From Acetobacteraceae bacterium (GTDB lineage Bacteria; Pseudomonadota; Alphaproteobacteria; Acetobacterales; Acetobacteraceae), in contig DATHNI010000007.1 in the NCBI GenBank assembly GCA_035486135.1, positions 1 through 30,928 of the forward strand: a stretch of 30,928 nucleotides of DNA. Direction: 5' to 3'. The position numbers and the translations under genes were made by a program. Positions within the stretch are counted from its first letter, which is position 1, and every line of letters begins with the position of its first letter. The notes beneath the pieces were generated by a model, which made no database searches, had not been told where the DNA came from, and was given only the letters and a program-made list of their open reading frames with translations. This document shows positions 16,181 through 24,375 of this stretch, one piece after another.

Positions 16181-18979
16181 ATGGCCGACATGCCCACCGA
16201 CCCTGTCGCCGTGCTGGCCCAGGACCTGCTGGAGCTGACCGCGCACCTGGGCGCTCGCGGCGACCAGGATCCGTTCGGCAATCCCGTGCTGCTGGTGGCG
16301 CTGGCGATCAGCCGGCGGATGGATGCCGGCGGCCTCGACGACGCGGCCATCGACGGGCTGATCCGCCACCTGCGCGACGCAGCCTTCGCCGATCGCGCCC
16401 ACCGCCTGGCCGCCTATGTCGGCGGGGTGAACATGGCAGCGAACCAGGCCGTGCTGCACGGCCTCGCCCAACACCTGCTGCGGCCCGACCCGAACGACAG
16501 CCCGGTGCGCTGGGCGGAATACCGAGCCCTGGTGGAACGCCCGCGCTTCGCCGCCGTATTCACCGCGCATCCCACCTTCGCCCTGCCGTATCCCGTCGGA
16601 AAGGCCCTTGCCGAGGCCGCCTGCGGCCGAGCCTCGCCCGGCTTTGCCTCACACCGCCCGCCGCCCATCACCCTGGCCGAGGAATTCGAGCAAGCCGGAG
16701 ACGCGATCGCCCGCGGCCGTGACGCGATCGACCATTTCAACGCGGCATTGCTGTCCGTCGCCCGGTCCGCCTGGCCGGATCGCTGGACCGAGCTGAATCC
16801 GCGCCCCGTCATCCTGTCCACCTGGGTCGGCTACGACACCGACGGACGCACCGATATCGGCTGGTGGGACACCCTGCGGCTGCGGCTGGACATGAAGCAG
16901 CGCCAGCTCGCCCGGCTGCACTCCCAGCTCGCCGGCCTGGCCGTGCCCGTCCCGCTGCTGCATCGCGTCACCGAGGCGATGGACGCCGTCGCGGAGCAAC
17001 TTGCCGCCTGTCCCAACGGCCAGGACCCGCAGCGCGTCTCTGAGTTCGCGCATGCCCTGGTCGGGCGCCGGGACGCGGCGATGACCTCGCCGGAACCGCT
17101 GCTGCCGCTGTTCCGCGACGCGATCGAGGCGGCCCCCAACGACGCGACAAGGCAGGATTTGTGCGTGGCGCGCGCCGGGCTGGTGTCGCACGGCCTGGCG
17201 CTGGCGCACACCCACACGCGGTTGAACGCGGCACAGATCCATAACGTGGTGCGGCAGCGGCTGGGCATCGTCGATCCGCCGGAAGACCCCGCGCATCGCC
17301 GCGCGCTGTTCTCGGCGATCAACACCGCGCTCGACACAGTGCAGCCGGTGCCGGTGGATTTCGGCGCGCTGATCGCCGAGCAAGCGTCGGCGGCACGGCT
17401 GATGATGACGGTGGCGCAGATCCTGAAGCACGTGGATGGCTCCGCCCCGGTGCGCTTCCTGATCGCCGAGACCGAAACCGGCTACACATTGCTCGCCGCA
17501 CTGTGGCTGGCGAAGCTGTTCGGCATCGCCGACCGCATCGAGATCTCCCCGCTGTTCGAGACGGCGGAGGCGCTGGACCAGGGCGCAACGGTGCTGGAGG
17601 AAGCGCTGCGCAGCCCGCACTACCGGGCGTATCTGCGCGACACCGGGAAGCTGGCGCTGCAGTTCGGCTATTCGGATTCCGGCCGCTATGTGGGGCAGCT
17701 TGCCGCCAGCTACCTGGTGGAGCGACTGCGCCTGAAGATCGCCGCCATGCTGGAACGCCACAACATCAGCGGCGTCGAAGTGATCCTGTTCGACACGCAT
17801 GGCGAGAGCATCGGCCGCGGCGCGCATCCGGGCTCGCTGGCGGACCGGCTGAAATACCTGTCGCCGACCGCCTCGCGCCAGGCGCTGTTCCGCGCCGGTC
17901 TGGCGGTGCGCGAGGAAAGCGCGTTCCAGGGCCTCGACGGGTATTTGCTGTTCGGCACGCCGGAGTTGGCTCTGGCCACGATCACCCGCATCGCGGAACA
18001 AACCTATCATCCGGCGGCGGGGCCGATCGAGGACCCGGTCTATGCCGATCCGGATTTCGCCGCCGACTTCTTCGCCACCGTCCGCGCCGGCATGGAGGCA
18101 CTGGTCGATGACGTCGGCTATGGCTCATTGTTGGGCGCGTTCGGTCCGGCGCTGATCGATCGCACCGGGTCGCGTCCGTCGGCACGGCAATCGGACGGCA
18201 TGACCGGTGCGGCGCGCATCCGCCACCCACGCGAGCTCCGCGCCATTCCGAACAATGCGATCCTCCAGCAACTCGGCTGGTGCGCCAACACGCTGCAAGG
18301 GATCGGCGCGGCGGCATCGCGCCATCCGGAAACTTTCGCCGAGATGCATGCGAAGAGCAGACGGTTCCATCGGGCGATGGAACTGGCGACGCACGGACTG
18401 GCGCATTCGGATATCGACGTGCTGCGCGCGGTGATCGCGACGCTCGATCCCGGCACCTGGCTGGACCGCGCCGCGCATACCGAGCGGGTTGGGCGGCGCG
18501 AGGCGCTGGTGTCGGTGGCGCGCGCGCTGGAGCGGCTGGATATCTGGGCGGCGGCGCAGTCGATGTTCCGTCGCATCCAGGCGGACCACCTGGCGCTGCG
18601 CGTCGCGTGGCCGGATGCGCCGCGCATGGCGACGCGCGAGGTGCTGCTGCATGCGCTGCGGCTGGCTCTGGTGCATCGCATCTGGCTGCTGTCCACCGAC
18701 ATCTCCGATTTCTCGCCACGCCACGGCGTGACGCGTCCGGTGCTGGAGGCAGCGATCCTGCGGCTGGATATCGAGGCGGTGCTGGACCTGCTGGCGGAAA
18801 TCTTCCCCGCCGCGCCGGACCCCGCGGCGGAGTGCGACTACGCCGAACCGGCCCCGCCGCGCGGCTCCGGCGCTTATGTGCGCGAGCACGCGGAAATCTT
18901 CGCGCCGATGCGGGCGCTGTTCGGCATGGTGCGGGAGATCGCCACGGCGGTCACGCACGAGGTGGGAGCGTTCGGGTAG
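16181..18979 (+). CDS. Phosphoenolpyruvate carboxylase family protein, highly divergent
   Basis: Ordered PEPC-like motifs, compared with E. coli Ppc from memory: VFTAHPTF (VLTAHPTE), LSTWVGYDTDGRTD (FTSWMGGDRDGNP), ISPLFETAEAL (VAPLFETLDDL), LQFGYSDSGRYVGQLAASY (MIGYSDSAKDAGVMAASW), FDTHGESIGRGAHPGS (FHGRGGSIGRGGAP), LRAIPNN (LRAIPW), and a C-terminal Gly (..GAFG versus ..NTG). The motif order and spacing resemble the canonical ~880-930-aa enzyme. Confidence 0.65.
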   Translation: MADMPTDPVAVLAQDLLELTAHLGARGDQDPFGNPVLLVALAISRRMDAGGLDDAAIDGLIRHLRDAAFADRAHRLAAYVGGVNMAANQAVLHGLAQHLLRPDPNDSPVRWAEYRALVERPRFAAVFTAHPTFALPYPVGKALAEAACGRASPGFASHRPPPITLAEEFEQAGDAIARGRDAIDHFNAALLSVARSAWPDRWTELNPRPVILSTWVGYDTDGRTDIGWWDTLRLRLDMKQRQLARLHSQLAGLAVPVPLLHRVTEAMDAVAEQLAACPNGQDPQRVSEFAHALVGRRDAAMTSPEPLLPLFRDAIEAAPNDATRQDLCVARAGLVSHGLALAHTHTRLNAAQIHNVVRQRLGIVDPPEDPAHRRALFSAINTALDTVQPVPVDFGALIAEQASAARLMMTVAQILKHVDGSAPVRFLIAETETGYTLLAALWLAKLFGIADRIEISPLFETAEALDQGATVLEEALRSPHYRAYLRDTGKLALQFGYSDSGRYVGQLAASYLVERLRLKIAAMLERHNISGVEVILFDTHGESIGRGAHPGSLADRLKYLSPTASRQALFRAGLAVREESAFQGLDGYLLFGTPELALATITRIAEQTYHPAAGPIEDPVYADPDFAADFFATVRAGMEALVDDVGYGSLLGAFGPALIDRTGSRPSARQSDGMTGAARIRHPRELRAIPNNAILQQLGWCANTLQGIGAAASRHPETFAEMHAKSRRFHRAMELATHGLAHSDIDVLRAVIATLDPGTWLDRAAHTERVGRREALVSVARALERLDIWAAAQSMFRRIQADHLALRVAWPDAPRMATREVLLHALRLALVHRIWLLSTDISDFSPRHGVTRPVLEAAILRLDIEAVLDLLAEIFPAAPDPAAECDYAEPAPPRGSGAYVREHAEIFAPMRALFGMVREIATAVTHEVGAFG

Positions 18980-19049
18980 GGCGGGACGACTCGCCCTGCG
19001 CTGCACGGTGTGCTGGGATGCCGCAGCCGCAAAAGGACCGAGCGCCGCC

Positions 19050-19322
19050 ATGGCCGAGCATCCCCCGCGGCTTCCGCCGCCGCCGTTCTGGCGAACCCGA
19101 TACTATGACCAGGTAGTGGCGGCCCGTCCCGACCGGGCTCACATCCACGCGGCGGATGTCCTATATGCGATGGCGCGACCCGCCCATACCATGCAGCAAC
19201 CCGATGGGCAGTGGCGACACTGGGCGTGGATCGTGCGGCGCGGTCCGTGGTTGCGTGTCGTGATTGAGCCTGACCGGGAGACGGTGCACAACGCATTCTG
19301 GGACCGAGGGTTCAAGCCGTGA
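19050..19322 (+). CDS. DUF4258-like small protein, putative toxin partner of the DUF2283 protein
   Basis: 90 aa. WLRVVIEPDRETVHNAFWDRGF resembles the DUF4258 C-terminus. It overlaps the downstream gene by 4 nt (GTGA). Confidence 0.5.
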   Translation: MAEHPPRLPPPPFWRTRYYDQVVAARPDRAHIHAADVLYAMARPAHTMQQPDGQWRHWAWIVRRGPWLRVVIEPDRETVHNAFWDRGFKP

Positions 19323-19570
19323 ACGTCGAGCCGAGCATTCGCTACTACCCTGAGACCGACAGCATGGCGATCGAACTGCGGTCCTGGCCAGGCTCTGCTG
19401 GTGGGCATCCGGAGATGGTTGGCGGCGAAGATGCGGGACCCGACCTCGTGATCCACTATGCCGCTGACGGGCAGCCGTGGCTCTGGGAAATCGAGCACGC
19501 TTCGACCCACCCAGAGCATATCGCCGCCGCGCTGGAACAAATCCGCCGGCTGGGTGCGCTGGCGGCGTAG
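19319..19570 (+). CDS. DUF2283-family small protein, putative antitoxin
   Basis: IRYYPETDSMAIEL is the hallmark (Y)-D-x-E-x-D-x-L start of DUF2283. A GTG start overlaps the upstream stop. Confidence 0.6.
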   Translation: MNVEPSIRYYPETDSMAIELRSWPGSAGGHPEMVGGEDAGPDLVIHYAADGQPWLWEIEHASTHPEHIAAALEQIRRLGALAA

Positions 19571-19646
19571 TGACCGTCGCATCGCGTATTCGCCCAGATC
19601 CAGACAACCGACAACGACGGTTTTCGCCTCGCTCAGCAGTTCCGAT

Positions 19647-19669
19647 GCCGGGGGCAGGAGCGCCCCGGC
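19647..19669. terminator. Hairpin GCCGGGG-N9-CCCCGGC between the convergent DUF2283 and GNAT genes
   Basis: 7-bp GC stem read directly; a candidate bidirectional terminator with no clear U-run. Confidence 0.3.
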
Positions 19670-19694
19670 GGCGCGAGACAGTGCCGGCCGCTGA

Positions 19695-20186
19695 TCAGCC
19701 GCGTTTCGTGCTGCCAGGCGGCATTTCATCCGGCACGTCGGCCGCCTGCTGCTCGCGCAGCGTCTTGCGCAGGAAGTGGCGGGACTGGCCCGGCGGATAG
19801 TCCTCCAACACCGCGAACGTGACGTAGCCGATCTGTTCGTAGAAGCCACGCGCCTGGAATGTATCGAGCCACGCATCGTGGCAGCCCTGCGTGCGTGCGT
19901 GGTCCTCGGCGCTGGCCATCAGCGCGCGTCCGATGCCTTGGCCGCGCAGCGCATCGTCAACCCACAGGCTCTCGACGAACAACCAGCCACCGAACAGGAC
20001 GCCGACCAGTCCGGCGCGCAGCGCAGCATCGTCATCCTGCAGGAGCAAGGCGAAGCGTTCGGCCTCGCCGGGCGCGTGGCGCGCGTTGAAGGCGCGGATG
20101 CGGTCGCCCAGGGCCTGGCGCGTCTCCAGCGACGGCGCAGGTTCGAAGCGCAGCGTCAGGCCCGGCGGGACAACGGCGTGGGTCAT
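19695..20186 (-). CDS. GNAT-family N-acetyltransferase
   Basis: WVDDALRGQGIGRALMASAEDHARTQGCHDAWLDTFQARGFYEQIGY is the acetyl-CoA-binding motif A (Q/RxxGxG/A) region. Confidence 0.8.
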   Translation of the reverse strand: MTHAVVPPGLTLRFEPAPSLETRQALGDRIRAFNARHAPGEAERFALLLQDDDAALRAGLVGVLFGGWLFVESLWVDDALRGQGIGRALMASAEDHARTQGCHDAWLDTFQARGFYEQIGYVTFAVLEDYPPGQSRHFLRKTLREQQAADVPDEMPPGSTKRG

Positions 20187-20263
20187 GGACTTCTCTGGAT
20201 CGACCGGGACACGGACAGCGACGCCATGTTATGCCATGGCCATTCGATGTGAGGCGATTGCCG

Positions 20264-21019
20264 ATGTGTGGCCGCTGCCTGTCGCGGCGTGGATTGGCTG
20301 GTGCCGCGGCGGCGCTGGCCGTGGCGCGATATGCCACGGCAGCAGAGCACGACGCGCCGGTGGAACCGCATATGCGGCTGCCACTGCCGGCGGATGACCA
20401 GGCGGTCGCGCTGACCTTCGACGCCTGCCCTGGCGCGTTCGACATGCGCATCGCATCGGCGCTGATAGACGGCCGTATCGCCGCCACGATCTTCGTCACG
20501 GCCGTATGGATTCGGCGCAATCCCGAAGGGCTGAAGCTGCTGCTGGCGCATCCCGACTTGTTCTCCCTGCAAAACCACGGCGAGCGCCACATCCCGCCGG
20601 TGCTGGGCGACCGCAGCATCTTCGGCATCCGGGCCGCCGGCGACCTCGCGACCATCCGCGCCGAGGTGCGGAACGGCGCGCAGGCGATCGAGGACGCGAG
20701 CGGCATCACGCCACGCTGGTATCGCGCCGCAACCGGCTTCTACTCGCCAAGCGCCATTCCGGAGATCGAGGCGATGGGCTTCGCGATCGGCGGCTACAGT
20801 TTCAGTGCCGATGCGGGCGCCTCGCTGCCGGCAGAACACGTTGCCGCACGCATGGCCGCGGCAAAGAGTGGCGACGTGGTTGTCGCACATATCAACCAGC
20901 CGCTGCGCCCGAGCGGCGAAGGCGTGGTCGCCGGATTGCGCGAATTGCGGCGCCGGGGCTTGCGTTTTGTGCGCCTCGACGAGGCCGCGCCCACTTCTCC
21001 CCCGCGCGGTCAGGCCTGA
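20264..21019 (+). CDS. Polysaccharide deacetylase (NodB-homology) family protein, secreted
   Basis: TAT/Sec-like signal MCGRCLSRRGLAGAAAALAVA, then LTFDACPG (cf. TFDDGP), HPDLFSLQNHGERH and a later His-containing motif. The tracked start at 20231 is replaced by ATG(20264). Confidence 0.7.
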   Translation: MCGRCLSRRGLAGAAAALAVARYATAAEHDAPVEPHMRLPLPADDQAVALTFDACPGAFDMRIASALIDGRIAATIFVTAVWIRRNPEGLKLLLAHPDLFSLQNHGERHIPPVLGDRSIFGIRAAGDLATIRAEVRNGAQAIEDASGITPRWYRAATGFYSPSAIPEIEAMGFAIGGYSFSADAGASLPAEHVAARMAAAKSGDVVVAHINQPLRPSGEGVVAGLRELRRRGLRFVRLDEAAPTSPPRGQA

Positions 21020-21122
21020 TCGGCCAGTCTCTGGCGAGCAACCTCCCATGTCGCCGCCGCCCCTTGCCAGGCCGGCACCATCGTCACCACTTGACCGGCC
21101 AAGCCGACCGAGGAGCCAGGAC

Positions 21123-21968
21123 ATGCCGCTGGACCAGCCCATCATCGAGCACCTGCCGTTCGTGCAGGGCGCCCTCACCTACCTCGCGAAGATGGCCGAG
21201 CGAGCCCGCACCTACACCTACGATCCGGGTCCGGGCATCCCGCGCAGCAACCTGCAACTCGAAACCCACACCATGCCGATCCACGACATGCGTCCGGTGG
21301 CGCACGCGGTATCGCTCGATCGCGAGGGTTTCGTGTTGCTCGAACACCGCAGCGCGGCGCGCGACCTGTATGACGAAGGCGAACTGCGCAGCGTCTATTA
21401 TCCCGAGGCGGAGACGTTGCTGGCGTCGGTGACCGGCGGCAGCCGCGTCGTGGTGTTCGACCACACGATCCGCCGCCGCACGCCGGGCGTGGAGGACCGC
21501 TCGCCGGGCGTTCCGCGCCTGCCGGTGCCGCGCATCCATGGCGACTACACCGAGGTCTCCGGCCCGCAGCGTGTGCGCGACGTGATGGGCGAGGAGGCCG
21601 AGACGCTGCTGCGCCGCCGCTTCGCCATCGTGAATGTATGGCGGCCGATCCGCGGTCCGCTGCGCGACGCGCCGTTGGCGGTGTGCGACGCACAGAGCGT
21701 GGCGCCGGACGACTGGGTGCCGCAGGACCTTGTATATCCCGACCGCACCGGGGAGATCTTCGCGCTGACCTACAACCCGTCGCATCGCTGGTTCTATGCA
21801 CCGGCGATGCGGACGGACGAGGTGCTGCTGCTGAAATGCTTCGATTCCGCCAGGGATGGCCGCGCGCGCTTCATGCCGCACACCGCGTTCGAGGACCCCA
21901 CTACACCGCCGGATGTGCTGCCGCGCGAAAGCATCGAACTGCGGGCGCTGGTGTTCTTCGACCGGTGA
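21123..21968 (+). CDS. CmcJ/NvfI-family (AsaB-like) putative oxygenase
   Basis: RIHGDYTEVSG and VWRPIRGPLRDAPLAVCDAQSV resemble the CmcJ (cephamycin 7-hydroxylase-like) family. The start is at ATG(21123), with GAGGAG upstream. The long tracked N-extension from 20805 overlaps the deacetylase gene and is rejected. Confidence 0.55.
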   Translation: MPLDQPIIEHLPFVQGALTYLAKMAERARTYTYDPGPGIPRSNLQLETHTMPIHDMRPVAHAVSLDREGFVLLEHRSAARDLYDEGELRSVYYPEAETLLASVTGGSRVVVFDHTIRRRTPGVEDRSPGVPRLPVPRIHGDYTEVSGPQRVRDVMGEEAETLLRRRFAIVNVWRPIRGPLRDAPLAVCDAQSVAPDDWVPQDLVYPDRTGEIFALTYNPSHRWFYAPAMRTDEVLLLKCFDSARDGRARFMPHTAFEDPTTPPDVLPRESIELRALVFFDR

Positions 21969-22028
21969 GGCGATTTATACCAACAGTCCGACAGACAGCC
22001 TCTCGAACTGTCGCACCAGCCGCCGCAA

Positions 22029-22107
22029 TCGTCATGGCCGGGCTTGACCCGGCCATCTATCGCGGCACCAGCGCTGCATAGACAGCAGGGTCAGGCCGGC
22101 CATGACC
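22029..22107. repeat. MITE-like hairpin element, copy C (CGTCATGGCCGGGCTTGACCCGGCCATC ... CAGGGTCAGGCCGGCCATGACCG)
   Basis: Read directly. It lies between the convergent CmcJ-like and vapC genes. Confidence 0.7.
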
Positions 22108-22138
22108 GTGGGAGCGGGCGCTGCCGGTACGGGAAACT

Positions 22139-22645
22139 TCAGCTCACCCGATGTTGCTCGTGGGTGCGCCGAGAACGGGGTGTAGGACGTCGTCTTCCCG
22201 CCGCATAAGCGGGCGCTCCATCGTCCCACGGATTAAGCCACGCGACGCCACTGTGTTGCACATCTCGCACGTTACGCGTGACCAGGCAGAGGTCATGCTC
22301 GATCGCTGTGGCAGCCAGCATTGTGTCGATCACCAGCGGTGCGTGACCGGTCTGTCGCTTCACGGTACCGCTGATCGCACCCCAGCGCCGCACGATCGCA
22401 CCGGTCAACGGCAGGACCCGATCGGCGAAGCGTGCCTCCAGAGCGGCAATGCCAGCCGCGATGTGCAGCCGAAGCTGACTGTCGGAGGGCGTATTGTGCA
22501 GCCCTTTGTCATACCCACCAGGCGTCAGGATACCGAGGAACAGGGACTCCTCGTCCTGGGCTTCCGCCCACGCCTGAACGCGTGCGGTGGGCTGTGGCCT
22601 GGCTAGTTCGGCAACGAGATTGGTATCCAGCAGCCAGCCGTTCAC
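22139..22645 (-). CDS. vapC: PIN-domain toxin VapC (type II TA), with an unusual ~30-aa C-terminal tail
   Basis: MNGWLLDTNLVAEL...LVTRNVRDVQHSGVAWLNPW is a VapC hallmark. After NPW, where VapC normally ends, the frame continues DDGAPAYAAGRRRPTPRSRRTHEQHRVS. There is an ATGA overlap with vapB. Confidence 0.8.
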   Translation of the reverse strand: MNGWLLDTNLVAELARPQPTARVQAWAEAQDEESLFLGILTPGGYDKGLHNTPSDSQLRLHIAAGIAALEARFADRVLPLTGAIVRRWGAISGTVKRQTGHAPLVIDTMLAATAIEHDLCLVTRNVRDVQHSGVAWLNPWDDGAPAYAAGRRRPTPRSRRTHEQHRVS

Positions 22646-22956
22646 AGCGAGACGTCACGGCCGGTGTCACGTTCGCGCGTCGTGTCGAGGCTGCCCAGGT
22701 GCAAGCCTTGAAGGAAGGCGACGAGATTTTGGCGCGGTTTAATGGGAGGCATAAGCCTTTCCAGCGCTTCGACGGAGATGACCACGACGGCATCCTTGCC
22801 ACGTACTGTGACGCGCTGTGGCCCTTCGAAACGAGCAAGGCGAACGATTTCGCTGAATCGGGCCTTGGCATCTTCGAGTTTCCACTTGGGATGGAGCGCG
22901 GTGGCGCGGCGGCGGCGCGGAACGGCCGTTGGCTGGGCAGACGTGATCCGTGGCAT
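22642..22956 (-). CDS. vapB: VapB / Phd-YefM-type antitoxin
   Basis: WKLEDAKARFSEIVRLARFEGPQRVTVRGKDAVVVISVEALERL matches the antitoxin N-terminal domain. It is translationally coupled to vapC. The start is uncertain because there is an N-terminal ~20-aa extension. Confidence 0.7.
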   Translation of the reverse strand: MPRITSAQPTAVPRRRRATALHPKWKLEDAKARFSEIVRLARFEGPQRVTVRGKDAVVVISVEALERLMPPIKPRQNLVAFLQGLHLGSLDTTRERDTGRDVSL

Positions 22957-22972
22957 GTTCGAAAGCCTTGAT

Positions 22973-22988
22973 CTGACCAGCTGACCAG
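22973..22988. promoter_or_regulatory. Tandem CTGACCAG-CTGACCAG immediately upstream of vapB; candidate autoregulatory operator
   Basis: Read directly, 17-32 nt upstream of the vapB start on the coding strand. Confidence 0.25.
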
Positions 22989-23143
22989 TAGCAGATCGAC
23001 GGCACGGACGCCGCGGCTTCGCGCGGTTCCTGGGAGCCGCAATGCCGGAGCGGTGGTACCTGCCCCATTACCCTGACCCAGCTGCCAGTGCATAACCTAG
23101 GCAGACTGTGTGAAATGCCATTTGTCCGTTCGTGGTCCCGCAC

Positions 23144-23725
23144 CTACGCCTTTGGGACGCTCACCCCGATCATGTCACCCTCGCGCACGATCGATGCCAG
23201 CCTGGCCTCATCCCATCCTTCCGTCCCGGCCGGGCGCAGCGGCAGCACCATCCAGCGATAATCCGCGGTCGAATCGACCACGCGCAGCCTGACGCTATCG
23301 GGCACCACCGTGCCCCACTCCTCCGCCAGCAACCCACGCGGATCGCGCACCGCACGCGCGCGATATCCTGCCGACTTGTACCAGAACGGCGGATAGCCCA
23401 GCACCGCGCGCGGATAGCAACTGCACAGCGTGCAGACCACAAGGTGATGCACCTCCGCGCTGTTCTCCAGCACACCCAGCGGAGGCATGCCGCGCATCGG
23501 AATGCCGAGCTCCTCGGCCGCCTTCGACCCGTCCTCCAGCAGCCGGGCACGATACGCCGGATCGGTCCACGCCTTCGCCACCATGCGCGCGCCCTGACCC
23601 GGACTGGCGCTGTCGGTGCTGGCGATGCGTTCGGCGATCTCCGCCGGCGACGCGATGCCCTTCGCCGCCAGCACGCTGCGCAACGCAGTCAGCAGCTTTT
23701 GGCCGTCGATTTCCGCGAGGGTCAT
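23144..23725 (-). CDS. nthA: Nitrile hydratase alpha subunit, cobalt-type
   Basis: VVCTLCSCYP metal-binding motif (CTLCSCY is the Co-type form; Fe-type is CSLCSCT). Flanking blocks AKAWTDPAYRARLLEDG, PPFWYKSAGYRARAVRDPRGLL and RWMVLPLRPAGTEGWDEARLASIVREGDMIGV are colinear with Co-NHase alpha subunits as I recall them. There is an ATGA overlap with the upstream ORF, and an alternative ATG lies at 23740. Confidence 0.9.
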   Translation of the reverse strand: MTLAEIDGQKLLTALRSVLAAKGIASPAEIAERIASTDSASPGQGARMVAKAWTDPAYRARLLEDGSKAAEELGIPMRGMPPLGVLENSAEVHHLVVCTLCSCYPRAVLGYPPFWYKSAGYRARAVRDPRGLLAEEWGTVVPDSVRLRVVDSTADYRWMVLPLRPAGTEGWDEARLASIVREGDMIGVSVPKA

Positions 23726-24003
23726 AGTGGTTCCAACCAATGTTCGAAGATTTCCACCAGCAACTCGTCACCCGCGCGGCCTTCGTGCCAGACCTCGGGC
23801 TGGTCGAAGCGCACATGATACAACGCGCGGGTCGGCGCAGGGCGTGCGAAGGCCAGGTCTTCCGGATTGGGAAAGGCGCCAAGCCGCCGCACCACCGTGC
23901 CCTGCATGCCGCGCACGTAGTGCGGCGTGCGGACATGCGCCGGGCCGCGCGTCTCCGGCCAGTCGTTCTTCACCCGCACGATGGCGCCGGGTTCGAACAT
24001 CAT
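23722..24003 (-). CDS. Nitrile hydratase beta subunit, C-terminal (SH3-like) domain only, as a separate polypeptide
   Basis: MMFEPGAIVRVKNDWPETRGPAHVRTPHYVRGMQGTVVRRLGAF...ALYHVRFDQPEVWHEGRAGDELLVEIFEHWLEP aligns with the C-terminal half of NHase beta (..FKPGDRVR...GHTRxPRYVRGKTGTVV...LYTVRF..ELWG..VDLWEPYLE). There are 4-nt ATGA overlaps on both sides. Confidence 0.8.
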   Translation of the reverse strand: MMFEPGAIVRVKNDWPETRGPAHVRTPHYVRGMQGTVVRRLGAFPNPEDLAFARPAPTRALYHVRFDQPEVWHEGRAGDELLVEIFEHWLEPL

Positions 24004-24308
24004 TCCGCCTCCAGCGCGGAGCGCAGCTCAGCCTCGGTGATGACGCCCTTCTGCAGCAGGATGTCGGTGATCGAGCGGATCCAACGGCGGTAGTAGCTCA
24101 GCCGGTGGTACTCGGCTTCGGGAATGGATTCGATGCCTCGCCGCAACTCGTCCACCGTCATGATCTGCTTCGCGCCGAGGATGCCGCGGATCGCGTCCAC
24201 TTGCTTGTCAAAGTCGGTGAGGCCGTGCGGCGCGGTGTCCACCGCCTCGCACATGAATTTCGCGGCGCCGCCCAGATCGTGGTGCGCGCGGGGCGTGTCC
24301 TTGTCCAT
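24000..24308 (-). CDS. Nitrile hydratase beta subunit, N-terminal helical domain only, as a separate polypeptide
   Basis: MDKDTPRAHHDLGG...EAEYHRLSYYRRWIRSITDILLQKGVITEAEL aligns with the NHase beta N-terminus (MNGVHDLGG...PAEYLxxSYYExWL..LLxEKGxIT). It ends exactly at the domain boundary; the ~40-50-aa inter-domain linker of ordinary beta subunits is absent. The longer tracked start at 24440 overlaps the upstream hydrolase gene. Confidence 0.8.
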   Translation of the reverse strand: MDKDTPRAHHDLGGAAKFMCEAVDTAPHGLTDFDKQVDAIRGILGAKQIMTVDELRRGIESIPEAEYHRLSYYRRWIRSITDILLQKGVITEAELRSALEAE

Positions 24309-24375
24309 GACGACGACGATAGCGCAGCCGGCGGGCGGTGCCAAAGCCCGCGACCTGCCGCCGGCATACCCAGCG

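Noticed and set aside
16649-18010. 453-aa and several 90-300-aa ORFs antisense to or overlapping the PEPC-like gene (e.g. 17982-18719, 18125-19051, 18280-19116)
   Set aside because: The PEPC-like frame carries ordered family motifs across the whole region, whereas these frames give Arg/Pro/Ala-rich low-complexity products. They are high-GC artefacts.
20183-21178. 331-aa minus-strand ORF antisense to the deacetylase gene
   Set aside because: It is the opposite-strand frame of a gene with NodB-type motifs and a signal peptide, with nonsense composition.
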